DNA from: Somniosus microcephalus | Lineage: Eukaryota | Reading direction: 5' to 3' | Assembly (NCBI GenBank): GCA_052327205.1 | Contig: CM126225.1 | Location: 22,940,001 to 23,004,000 of the forward strand | Length of the DNA: 64,000 bases | Shown: positions 52,893 to 64,000 of the stretch, piece after piece | Layout: each line of letters begins with the position of its first letter | Position numbering within the stretch: position 1 is the first letter of the stretch | The notes under the pieces: model-generated | What the model was told of the DNA's origin: nothing | Databases searched by the model: none | Seen by the model: the letters and a program-made list of their open reading frames with translations, nothing else | Position numbers and translations under genes: made by a program

Positions 52893-52930
52893 TGCGCCCC
52901 CACAGAAGTGTCTTTAATCGCAAAAGTCAA

Positions 52931-55900
52931 TCACAGAGGAGGTCGGACAATCCTGTCGGAGCGACTCCGATATTCCCGGAGAGGAATGGATGGTACAGGA
53001 GATGAGCTGGGTTGCGGGGCCGATGGGCCAGGCGCGGCGGCCGCGGGCGGTCGCCCACGACGCGGCGGCTGCGCTGCTTCGACTGGCTGCTCGAGGTCCA
53101 GGTGTGCAGCCTTGAGGTGGTCCACGGAAATGTGGTTGGGTTTACCTCCGACGTCCACTAGAAAACTCTTGGCGCCCGCCTGCAGTACTCGGAAAGGGCC
53201 CGTGTATGGAGGCATGAGAGGACTACGGTGGCATCCTGCCGGACAAAAACTAATTTAGCCCTCATGAGCTCCGGCGGAACATGTGACGCAGGCAGTCCAT
53301 GCTGTGAAGTCGGAATGGGCCGGAAAGAGTGCGCTGCGGCCCGGTGAGCCTCCAGTTGTTCAGCTGCTGACCATGGACGCGTCGGTGATGGAAGAAACTC
53401 GCCGGGAACCCTGAGCGGCTGGCCATAAACCAGTTCGGCGGCCGATGCCTGCAGGTCCTCTTTAGGCGCTGTGCGCAACCCGAGCATCACCCATGGCAAC
53501 TTATCCATCCATGCGGTCCCTTGGAGGGTAGCCCGCATGCGACGCCTTCAAAGAGCGATGAAAGCGTTCGCATAACCCATTGGCCTGCGGATGGTAAGCC
53601 GTGGTCTGATAGAGCTTGGCGCCCAAACCTGAAGCCACGGCGTTCCACAAAGCAGACGAGAACTGCGGCCCGCGGTCCGACGAAATGTCCGATGGAACAC
53701 CGAAACGTGCAACCCAGGACGAAAGAAAAGCCCGGGCGACATCTGCGGAGGTGGTGGACGTCAAAGGAATGGCCTCCGGCCATCTGGTGGTACGGTCGAC
53801 GATTGTCAGAAGATGTGTGAACCCTTGTGGTGGCAGTAGTGGGCCCACGAGGTCGACATGAACATGATCGAATCGCCACTCCGGTACCTCGAAAACGGCG
53901 ACAGGAGCTTTGACGTGGCGCTGCACCTTCGCCCTCTGGCACACGACGCAGGTGTTGGCCCAGTCGCGCACATCTTTTCTCATTCCCCTCCAGACGAACT
54001 TGGACGCTAACAATTTCTGTGAAGCACGCACGCCCGGGTGCGCAAGCCCGTGAATGATATCGAATACTTTCCTGCGCCAGGACAACGGAATGATCGGGCA
54101 TGGGTCTCCCAGGAAGACATCGCAGAGCAAGGAGGTGCTGGCCGAGTGGAAAAGCACATCCGCTGGCCGCAGGCAGGACGAATCGGAGCGGAAAGCTTGC
54201 GTTTCCAGGTCAGTCGCTTGGTCAGCCGCCATGAGCGAATAATCAAGCTCCAGCTGGACCAGATGGTCGCACGCGAGAGGTAGTCGGCAACCACGTTGTC
54301 CTTGCCGGCCACGTGCCGGATATCGGTGGTAAACTCAGAAATGAAGGTGAGTTGTCATTGCTGCCGGGCCGACCACGGCTCAGTCGTCTTGGCCATGGCA
54401 AACGTCAGGGGCTTGTGATCTACAAAGGCGGTGAATTGGCGTCCTTCCAATAAAAAGCGAAAGTGGCAGATGGCCAGGAACAACGCCAACAGCTCCCGGT
54501 CGAATGTGCAGTAGCTACGTTCGTTACTACGCAACTGGCGGCTAAAAAACGCCAGCGGTTGCCATGTCCCGTCGACCCATTGCTCTTGCACGGCGCCGAC
54601 GGCGTAGTCCGACGCATCTATCGTGAGCGCGATGGTGGCGCCAGGCAGCGGGTGCGCCAACATCGTCGCATTGGCGAGGGCCTCCTTCGTGTCCCCAAAA
54701 GCGCGATCCATCACCAGCGTCCAAATCACAGGTTCTTTCCCCGGCTTCCCTCGGAGTGCCTCGTAGAGCGGCCGCATGAGCTGTGCGGCCCGGGGGACAA
54801 GTCGATGGTAAAAATTTACCATTCCGAGGAATTCTTGGAGCGCTTTGACGGACTGTGGCTGCGGGAACGCAGCGATGGCTGCCACTTTTGCCCGGAGTGG
54901 CAGCGCCCCTTCTGCGGTGATGTGGTGGCCCAGAAAATCGATCTGCCTCAGTCCGAATTGACACTTGTTTGGGTTAATTATAAGGCCATGTTCCTGGAGG
55001 CGGCGGAAGAGGATGCGCAGGTGTCATAGATGTTCCTCCTTTGACGCGCTGGCGACGAGGATGTCATCGAGGTACACGAAAAGGAATTTGAGATCCCGCA
55101 GCACCGAATCCATGAGGCGTTGGAACGCCTGCGCTGCATTTTTGAGTCCGAAAGGCATTCTTAGGAATTCGAAAAGTCCAAAAGGGGTAATGACCGCTGT
55201 CTTCTGGACGTCCTGGGGGTGGACGGGCACTTGGTGGTACCCCCGGACGAGGTCGATCTTGGAGAATAACGAATTGCCTGCTAAATGAGCGGAAAAATCT
55301 TGTATGTACGGTATCGGGTACCGGTCCGGAGGCGTGACCTCCTTGAGGCGCCGATAATCACCGCAGGGCCGCCACCCACTGCCGGGCTTTGGCACGATAT
55401 GCAGCGGAGACGACCAGGGACTATCTGACCGGCGAACGATGCCCAACCGCTCCATAGTGGCGAATTCCGCCTTCGCGGCCTCGAGTTTACTGGCCTCCTT
55501 TCGCCGAGCCCAAGCATAAACTGGGGGGCCGGTCATCGCGATGTGGTGTTCAACACCATGTTTGGCGGTCGTCGCCGAGAAGGTGGGTCGAGTGAGCTCC
55601 GGAAATTCCCTGAGCAGGTGGGTGAAATCGTCGGGTGTCGACTCGGTGCAGGCAACCGTGTGGGCCACGCCTGAGCCCCGAAAACAGGGGAGGGGGGCCC
55701 ATGAGGCGGCATGAATCAGGCGGTGATTACGTACGTCGACCAGTAGGTCATTCGTGCAGAAAAAGTCAGCGCCAAGGATTGCCAGTGGTATTTTGGCGGT
55801 TATAAACTCCCAGTGGAAAAGTTGCCCGCCGAGACACAACTGGTTCCGCCGCTTCCCGAACGTATGGATAGCGCTGCCATTGGTGGCCTGTAGTGGAGAA

Positions 55901-56959
55901 CCACGCCTCCCTGATCTGACGTCGAGGAGCGAAGCAGGGAGGATGCTGCACTAGGCGCCCGTGTTGCACAAGAACCGCCGGCCCGAAATGGAGTCGGTGA
56001 TATACAACAATTTCCCAGAATCACCAACTGTCATCGTGGACGCGAAACCGACCTTGGGGTACCTCTTCCGTTCGCGCAATCGGTTTTGCTGCTTTCTCGG
56101 TGCCGGTGGCACAAAACTACATGGGGGTCGGCAGTATCTGGCTTTCGGACTGAAACGGGCGTGGTAGTAGCAGAGGCCGGTCTGTGGAGACGCCGAGCCG
56201 GGGTTCTTCGAGGCGGGACGCTTCGAGGTGGCACAGTACTGCTGCATCACCGCGTAAATGGTGTCGGCTTCGGCCGCGAGCACTACACCGTCCTTAGCCT
56301 CCGAACTGGCGAGGGCTGCTTGCACCTGCTCGGGGAGCTGGCTCAGGAACAGTTCCCGAAACAGAAAACACTGCGGCTCAGGCCCGAGGAGTGTGAGCAT
56401 TTGGCTCATCAACTCGGAAGGCTTAGCGTCGCCTAACCCAAGGAGTGCGAGCAAGCGTCGCGCGCGCTCTGCCTTCGTGAGACCGAATATTTGCATAAGG
56501 CACGCCTTAAGTGTTTCATACTTGTTATCCACGGGCGGGGTCTCCAGCAGGCTGATGATTCGGGAAGCCGTCTGTGATGAAATAACTGTGTTCTGATATT
56601 TGTACTTGTACTTGTAATGTCTGGAATGTTCCACCAGGGGGAACCACTAATGCTCCTCCCTGGCCCCGCCCCTCTTCTGGTATGTTCTACCAAGGGCTCG
56701 GTCGATGATGAACTCTGTTAACTCTGCCATGATTCTTACTTAATAAAAGGCTTCAGTCTTAAGCTTTAACTTCACGGATTCGGGCAGTTATTTGGCACAT
56801 CACCGTCGAGCTGTCCAGTGCGGAGACCACGTAAAGATAACGGGTCTGATCCAGCACGATGTTCCAAAGTTGGAACTGAGCCTCCGCTTGCATGAACCAG
56901 GAGGCTGCCTGTTGTTCCCAAAATTGAGGGAGCTTCAAACTCGCTGCATTCACATCCAT
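52931..56959 (-). pseudogene. Disrupted gag-pol of the CsRn1-like element
   Basis: Fragments in the ORF track: 56959 gag start, 56634-55951 gag/PR (NTGA then stop), 55839-55024 RT, 54885-54355 RNase H, 54232-52931 integrase. Confidence 0.9.
56573..56802 (+). mobile_element. Nested 230-bp solo LTR inside gag
   Basis: TG...CA termini with inverted AAATAACTG/CAGTTATTT, 5-bp TSD CCGTC (56568-56572 and 56803-56807), AATAAA on +. Removal restores gag frame ALDSST-ASRIISLL. Confidence 0.85.
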
Positions 56960-57014
56960 CTTGTTCTCGAGCTTTCCTCCGCGAAAATCGTCCGCGAAGC
57001 TTCGGGGTCACCAA

Positions 57015-57370
57015 TGTAGGAATCGACCGATCCCTAACTGAAGCACTGAGGTCGAGTCAGTTCAATAAATCAACCGAATTTAATTAAACAAGCGAACAAA
57101 ACAAAAGCATGCAGGAGCAACAGCAAACAGGTCTTTACAGCAGCTTGTTACACGAGGTCTGACTAAGGGACCTCCCACTCTCTGACGTCATGACGTCATC
57201 ACGTTTCCCGCCGTTCGGGGCATCACGTGACCAATGTGATGACGCCATCGCGTTGTTTCAGGACTTTTACAGAAAGCTTATTTACACTCAGCAAACAAAC
57301 ATAGATGCTGTAACATTGGGTTAAAGACAGTTATGCATTTGTACAGGAGTCCATTGGTGGTTTTGCCACA
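57015..57370 (-). repeat. 5' LTR (356 bp)
   Basis: Adjacent to the PBS; carries tandem TGACGTCA palindromes at 57183-57198. Confidence 0.95.
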
Positions 57371-58620
57371 ACAGTAGCACCCGTCACTCTGCCCATATAT
57401 AGGACAGGAGCACCTGTCACTCTGCCCATATATAGGACAGTAGCACCTGTCACTCTGCCCATATATAGGACAGTAGCACCTGTCACTCTGCCCATATATA
57501 GGACAGTAGCACCTGTCACTCCGCCCATATATAGGACAGTAGCACCCGTCACTCCACCCATATATAGGACAGTAGCACCCGTCACTCTGCCCATATATAG
57601 GACAGTAGCACCTGTCACTCCGCACATATATAGGACAGTAGCACCCATCACTCCACCCATATATAAGACAGTAGCACCCATCACTCCCTCCATATATAGG
57701 ACAGTAGCACCCGTCACTCCCTCCATATATAGGACAGTAGCACCCGTCACTCTGCCCATATATAGGACAGTAGCACCTGTCACTCCACCCATATATAAGA
57801 CAGTAGCACCCATCACTCCCTCCATATATAGGACAGTAGCACCCGCCACTCCCTCCATATATAGGACAGGAGCACCCGTCACTCTGCCCATATATAGGAC
57901 AGTAACACCCGTCACTCTGCCCATATATAGGACAGTAGCACCCGTCACTCTGCCCATATATAGGACAGTAGCACCCGTCACTCTGCCCATATATAGGACA
58001 GTAGCACCCATCACTCCGCCCATATATAGGACAGTAGCACCCATCACTCCGCCCATATATAGGACAGTAGCACCCGTCACTCTGCCCATATATAGGACAG
58101 TAGCACCCGTCACTCTGCCCATATATAGGACAGTAGCACCCATCACTCCGCCCATATATAGGACAGTAGCACCCGTCACTCTGCCCATATATAGGACAGT
58201 AGCACCCGTCACTCTGCCCATATATAGGACAGTAGCACCCGTCACTCTGCCCATATATAGGACAGGAGCACCCGTCACTCTGCCCATATATAGGACAGTA
58301 ACACGTCACTCCGCCCATATATAGGACAGTAGCACCCATCACTCCGCCCATATATAGGACAGTAGCACCCATCACTCCGCCCATATATAGGACAGTAGCA
58401 CCCGTCACTCTGCCCATATATAGGACAGGAGCACCCGTCACTCCACCCATATATAAGACAGTAGCACCCATCACTCTGCCCATATATAGGACAGTAGCAC
58501 CCATCACTCTGCCCATATATAGGACAGTAGCACCCATCACTCCCTCCATATATAGGACAGTAGCACCCATCACTCCCTCCATATATAGGACAGTAGCACC
58601 CATCACTCCGCCCATATAGG
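57371..58620. repeat. 33-bp minisatellite, about 38 copies
   Basis: Unit ACAGTAGCACCCGTCACTCTGCCCATATATAGG; one to two further degenerate units at about 52510-52567, left of the retrotransposon. Confidence 0.97.
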
Positions 58621-59979
58621 GCGGCACCACTCTTCACCGCACCCACACACCACCCCACCCCCTCATCACCGCCCCACATAGTAGGAAATAATGAAGAAAC
58701 TACAAAGATTGCAAGTTGTGGAGGTTGGATTTTACATCTCTCTGCTTTCTGCTGTGTGACTGCTCTAACTTGTTTGTTCTTTGGTAATCCTCCCACACCC
58801 CATTTCCCTCACATAACATGTCTGACATAGACTTCTCGCAACGTTCAGAATTGCAAACAACTCTTTACCTTTGTGAGCCGTAGTTATTTCCAATGAACAG
58901 GGATGTTTAAAAATGACAAATGATGGCACCACAGATGAACCCTTGCCTTAAACTCTAAAGTTAAACATGGAAGAGTCAACGACAGCCTATACTTAAACCA
59001 GCTCGCAAGTCTCTTTTGTTTGCATGTTTTTGACCATGCTAGTAGAAGACTTTTCCTTATTAAGGATTGATTTGAGAGCTCGGTCCTTTGGCAGCCTGGT
59101 TTTTGTATATTTCTACTTACTGAATTTGCAAAGTACACAAGCCCAGAAGCAACAGAGGAGTCGGCAGCCTGCTCACCTGCTCGGAGGTCTGGCATCAGAG
59201 TCAGATTGGATGTGTACAGGGAAAGGTCACCACAAGGACAAAACTGTACTTAAAGTGGTCCAGTGCCAAAAAATACTGCAAAACTCATCAATCATCTTTA
59301 TTTAGTTGCTTGAACAAAAAAAAACAAGCCTTTGAACATTACAGTTTTTTTCCAAAAATTAAGTGGAATTTTTATGAAGGCCGAGTATGTTGAGCAGATT
59401 GTCTGTTCGATCAGTTGGTGGCTCGCTGCCAAAGAAATTGAACTTCCTTCAGGGAAATCTTCTAAACACCCACGAACACTTAGAAAATCTAAATAGTATT
59501 CCAATTTTGCTCTGTCCTCTAGCTAACAGTCTAAGCTAATGAATGCAATGTAAAAAAAATTATGCTCCTCTAACCTCTGAAGCATTGAAATTCTCCACTG
59601 TATAAGTCAACTAGTCATTTAGATTTATGTTAAAGTTTCAAATATCTTCCAGATTTATCAATATTCTGCATGAAATACATTAAAGTGTGTTTTTACAGCA
59701 GAGGCAGAGTGGTTCATGGTGTTGAAAAAGGGGCTGATTTCTGCAGCAGTAACGTGCCAATCTCAGTTATATAGGTGGGTTGAAAGCATCCTCTCGGATG
59801 GCTGTTGATATTTCCAGCCACGTCACCCATTGGATGCAGCAAGTGATGCTTAACTCAAGAATTTGGACTTCTGCCTTCAAAGAAACTACAGGTGATGACA
59901 TTCCCTGGGAGAAAGCTCGTTTTTTGGTTCATTTTAAGAAAAATAATTTTTGGCAGACAAGAAGTGTGCAAGTAGTCCC

Positions 59980-60758
59980 TCTATATATATATCCTATCTC
60001 TCTCTCTATTTCTCTCTATCTCTCTATCTATCTCTCTCTCTCTCTGTCTCTTTCTGTCTCTCTCTCTCTTGCATTCTCTCAATCTCTCTATTGCACTCTC
60101 TCTATCGCGCTCTCTCTCTCTATCGCGCGCTTTCTCTCTCAAGCACGCTCGCTCGCTCTATATCGCACGCTCTCTCTCAATCGCGTCGCTCGCTCTCTAT
60201 CGCGCTCGATCGCATTCTATCTCGCCCCCTCTCTCTCTCTAGTGCTCTCTCTCTAGTGCTCTCTCTCTCTAGCGCACTTGCTCGCTTTCTATCATGCCCC
60301 CTCTCTTGCTAGCGCTCTCTCTCTAGCGCTCTCTCTCTCTCTAATGCTCTCTCTCTCTCTAACGCTCTCTCTCTCTCTAACGCTCTCTCTCTCGCTAGTG
60401 CTCTCTCTCTAACGCTCTCTCTCTCTCTAACGCTCTCTCTCTCGCTAGTGCTCTCTCTCCAGCACTCTCTCTCTCTCTCTCTCTAGCGCTTTCTCTCTCC
60501 CTAGCGCGCTCTCTCTAGTGCTCTCTCTAACAATCTCTCTCTCTCTCTAGTGCTCTCTCTCTCTAATGCTCTCTCTCTCTAGCGCTTTCTCTCTCCCTAG
60601 CACGCTCTCTCTAGTGCTCTCTCTAATGCTCTCTCTCTCTAATGCGCTCTCTCTCTAGCTCTCTCTCTCTCTCTCTCTAGCTCTCTCTCTCTCTCTAGCG
60701 CTCCCTCTCTCTAGCTCTCTAGCTCTCTCTCTCTAGTGCTCTCTCTCTCTCTAATGCT
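59980..60758. repeat. Complex (CT)n-based microsatellite
   Basis: ctctct runs interrupted by atcgcg, agtg, agcg and aacg; runs into the assembly gap. Confidence 0.95.
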
Positions 60759-60899
60759 NNNNNNNNNNNNNNNNNNNNNNNNNNNNNNNNNNNNNNNNNN
60801 NNNNNNNNNNNNNNNNNNNNNNNNNNNNNNNNNNNNNNNNNNNNNNNNNNNNNNNNNNNNNNNNNNNNNNNNNNNNNNNNNNNNNNNNNNNNNNNNNNN
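60759..60899. other. Assembly gap (N run)
   Basis: 141 N characters. Confidence 1.
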
Positions 60900-63750
60900 C
60901 TACTAAGCCCTTGGTTTGAGTATAAAACAAGGCTTTAATCAACTGTTTCACAACCATGAGTTCTAGTTACATCACTAGTTCCTGGTTACAAAAACGTCCT
61001 GAGCAAGCTGGGCCCACGCCCGAGTATTTATACTTTCCTTGGACGGCGCCACCAGCTGGCCGCCCAGTGTTATCTCATGAGTCATTCCTACATGAATGGC
61101 AAGATTCATGACATTCTTCCCGCCTGAAAGACTTGGAAGTCCGACGACTTCCTTCTAACGGATATAACGGACCACGAAGAGCCACAGTCGTTTCGATTTC
61201 TGTTTGTGGCCTGAAGGCACGTCTCCTCAGACCATGTCTTGGTCGCTTGGTTCGTACTGGTAGATCGACAGGGCCCGTGTCGCCTTGATCGACCTAAGGG
61301 GGACTGGGGAGATCGTGACTCCGGGTGCGGGTCCCCACAGGTGCAGAGCTGGCTTCACCTTGCTTGGTAGCTGGTGATTGTCCGGCGTCCTGGCTTCGGG
61401 TGGCCATCCCGTGGGGAGCGCTCTGCTCCCCGAGTTGATTCGGCGGAGTAGCCGGCAGATCCCTTGATGTCCCAGGTAGGGCGTCATCCTCAAAGGAGCG
61501 CAGAGTGTCGGCATCATTACTATGGGTCCCTCTATCGGTGGGGTCCGTGGGACCAGTTGGACAGGGAGCCAGATCTTGGAGTGAAACGGTGGACTCCCGG
61601 CCATCAGGGTACCGCATGTGCGTGTATGTGGGATTAACATCTGTTAGTTCCACCTCATCGACGAGGGGATCATTCTTGGAAGATCGAACAAACCTTCGGA
61701 GCAGCACGGGGCTGGGAGCTGCCAACCATGATGGTAGGGACGTCCCATGAGTGGAGCGATGCTGGAACCCGAAGAATCGTTCGTGAGGAGTGATGTTGGT
61801 GGACGTAGAAAGTAGAGACCTGATGGAATGCAACACGTCAGGGAGCACAGTTTCCCACTGCTGGTCTGGTAGGTTGCATGACCTCAGTGCAAGACGAACA
61901 GCGTTCCAAATGATAGCGTTGTATTTCTCAACCTGTCCGTTACCGATGGGATGATGCGGTGTCGTTTTACTTGAGGATATTCCCCGTTGGGAAAGATAAC
62001 TTTTGAGTCCGTTTGACATGAAGGAGGGACCCCGATCAGAGTGGATGAAATTGGCCGTACCGCAAAGGGAAAAGACTTGATCGAGGCATTTGATCACTGT
62101 GGAAGTAAGCATATTGGGACAGGGGAAAGCAAAGGGAAAGCGTGAATATTCGTCCACCATAGTAAGCAAGTAGGTGTTTCGCGTTGAGGAAGGCAATGGC
62201 TCTTTAAAGTCAATGCTGAGTCGCTGCATAGGCTGTATAGCGTGTATGAACGAGCCATCCAACGGACGGAAGAATTGCGGTTTTAATTCTGCACAAACTC
62301 TACAAGTGGAGCATGTTCTTTTCACGTCTTCCGTAGAAATTGGGAGATTTTTAGATCACACAAAGTGCAACATACAGATAATGCCAGGATGGCATAAGTC
62401 AGTATGAAGATCCGCAAGAGTCGAAGTTGACATAGAAGAGCAGAATGCACGCGTGAGGGTATCCGGGGCCACATTTTCTTTGCCGGGTCGATAATGTATG
62501 GTGTAGCCAAAGGCGGCCAATTCCATCCTCCAGAGTTGTATTTTGTTATTCTTGATATTAGTGCGTTTCCGATTATCCAGCATAAAGGCCACGGAGCGCT
62601 GATCAGTTATAAGCATGAAATGGCGACAAGCGAGAAAATGACCCCATTTACATACTGCTTCGATGATAGCCGTAGCCTCCTTCTCGACAGGAGGATAATG
62701 GAGCTCGCTACCCTGCAAAGTTCTGGACAGAAATGCAACGGGTCGACTACCTTGATTCAAGGTAGCCGAGATCGCCACCCCCGATGCATCGCACTCGACC
62801 ACGAAAGGGAGATTTTCATCGATGGAACGAAGCGTGGCTTTTTCCAGTTGTCGGTTGAGGAGGTCGAAAGCTGAAATAGCCGTTGCCTCCAACGGAAATG
62901 ACTTCGCGTGAAGCAGGGGCTGGATCTTGTCAGAGAAGTGGGGTATCCACTTCACATAATAGGCGAACATGCCGAGTGCCCGACGAAGAGAGCTGAGATT
63001 CGTAGGGGGAGCAAGCTCCTAAAGCGGACGAAGTCACTCCGCATCCGGTTTGATGACACCATTGCCCACCCAGTAGCCAAGGATGTTGGCTGATGGTACT
63101 GATTTCACAGATTTGGACTCATTTAAGGTTAAGTTGCGACGACGGAGAACGTCAAGAAATTTCTGGAGGTTGGCATCATGCTCCTTCTGGTCATGACCAG
63201 CAATGGTGATATTATCCAGATATGGAAAAGTGTCTGTTAAGTTCTCCTGTTTGACTAGGCTATCCATTGCCCATTGAAAGACGGCCACCCCATTGGTGAC
63301 CCCAAATGGAAGGCGCCAAATCTGGTAAAGCTGAACATTGGCCTCAAAGGCCGTATACTTTTTGTCAGAGTCTTTTAACGGTACCTGATGGTATGCGCTC
63401 TTTAAGTCAAAAGTTGAAAATACCTTGTAGTTGGCAAGGTTATTGACCATGTCATCGATGCGTGGTAGTGGGTAGGCATCCAGGTCGGTATATTGGTTAA
63501 TAGTTTGCGAGTAATCGATGCAAAGACGTTTCTTGCGTTGCTTCAGAGGATTTTTAACAATGACGACTTGAGCCCGCCAGGAAGATGAACATGACTCAAT
63601 GATACCGTCAGCTAGAAGGCGAGAGATCTCTGCCTCGATAAAAGATAGATCATCTTGGCTGAAACGTTGTGACTTAGTGACTATGGGCTTACATCGGGGG
63701 GAAAGATTGGCAATCAAGGAGGGCTCGTCGAGCGAAGCCGCCAAAAGCGC
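60900..63750 (-). mobile_element. Second Ty3/Gypsy element: decayed RT-RH-INT plus partial 3' LTR
   Basis: RT (LCIDYS, YPLPRID, FDLKSAYHQV, LPFGV, YLDN), RNase H (ECDAS, TDQRS), integrase (H-X4-H...CRVC, HSDRG, GQVE); PPT ggcgggaagaa then TGTCATG LTR start at 61113, LTR cut by the gap. Confidence 0.88.
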
Positions 63751-64000
63751 ACTAAAAGGTACAGGAAACTTTCGTTTATCCGGAGGTTAAATGTCCGGAA
63801 AGCTCTATCTACCAGCAAAATTCAGCAGTCGGTTCAGATATTTTTTTTCTTTTTGTTGCTTCTTTTCTCCAGTCCTGGCTCTGCAAGCATCTCTGTAGCT
63901 AAGCAACAGCTTCAGCTAGATGCTTGCAAGCTGCACCGACTGTTTTGAAGCTGTTGCTAAGCAACAGGGTTTGTTGCTTCACACGGAGCTCTGAGCTCCG

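Larger units (their letters stand above)
52568..57370 (-). mobile_element. Full-length but defective Ty3/Gypsy LTR retrotransposon, CsRn1-like clade
   Basis: LTRs 52568-52892 and 57015-57370 (TGT...ACA), 4-bp TSD ACAG, tRNA-Trp PBS TGGTGACCCCGA (57013-57002), PPT-like tgggggcgca beside the 3' LTR, Gag CX2HX9CX3C, then PR-RT(YLDD)-RH-INT(HHCC, DDE, GPF) with several stops and frameshifts. Confidence 0.93.

Noticed and set aside
53487-56693. Overlapping alternative-frame and antisense ORFs in the Gypsy element
   Set aside because: Expected by-product of GC-rich coding sequence; no independent motifs.
57393-57403. CArG (SRF) box in each minisatellite unit
   Set aside because: CCATATATAGG has seven A/T between CC and GG, not the canonical six.
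57371-58620. CRISPR-like regular array
   Set aside because: Head-to-tail repeats with no unique spacers, no cas genes, vertebrate context.
57278-58796. Long ORFs of GCYCPIYGQSD and MGRVTGATVLY repeats resembling Cys-rich or structural proteins
   Set aside because: Artefact of a 33-bp (multiple of 3) minisatellite lacking stops in two frames; frames swap at a 2-bp-deleted unit and run into an LTR.
59780-60312. Leu/Ser-rich ORFs
   Set aside because: Translation of a (CT)n microsatellite.

Overview
Vertebrate genomic DNA, very probably from a cartilaginous fish (HE1/V-SINE, DeuSINE, CR1 and Penelope-type repeats). It contains a complete convergent Dlx bigene cluster: dlx4 on + (3 coding exons, 9383-13981, 248 aa) and dlx3 on - (3 coding exons, 29496-25837, 274 aa). 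About 1-32 kb is repeat-poor and CpG-retaining. Beyond a CTCF-like motif at about 31.7 kb the sequence becomes dense in LINE, SINE, MITE, Penelope and LTR elements. The most notable observation is a non-coding block at about 17.2-17.4 kb between the genes. From recalled sequences it resembles both the Dlx5/6 enhancer I56i core and the Dlx1/2 enhancer I12b E-box segment, so it is a candidate third paralogue of an ancestral Dlx enhancer. Also notable: a full-length CsRn1-type Gypsy element with near-identical LTRs but a decayed interior and a nested solo LTR, inserted into a 33-bp minisatellite; an apparently intact minimal hammerhead ribozyme in a Penelope-type repeat; and a second Gypsy with a YLDN reverse-transcriptase motif. 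All family comparisons are from memory and need alignment to confirm.
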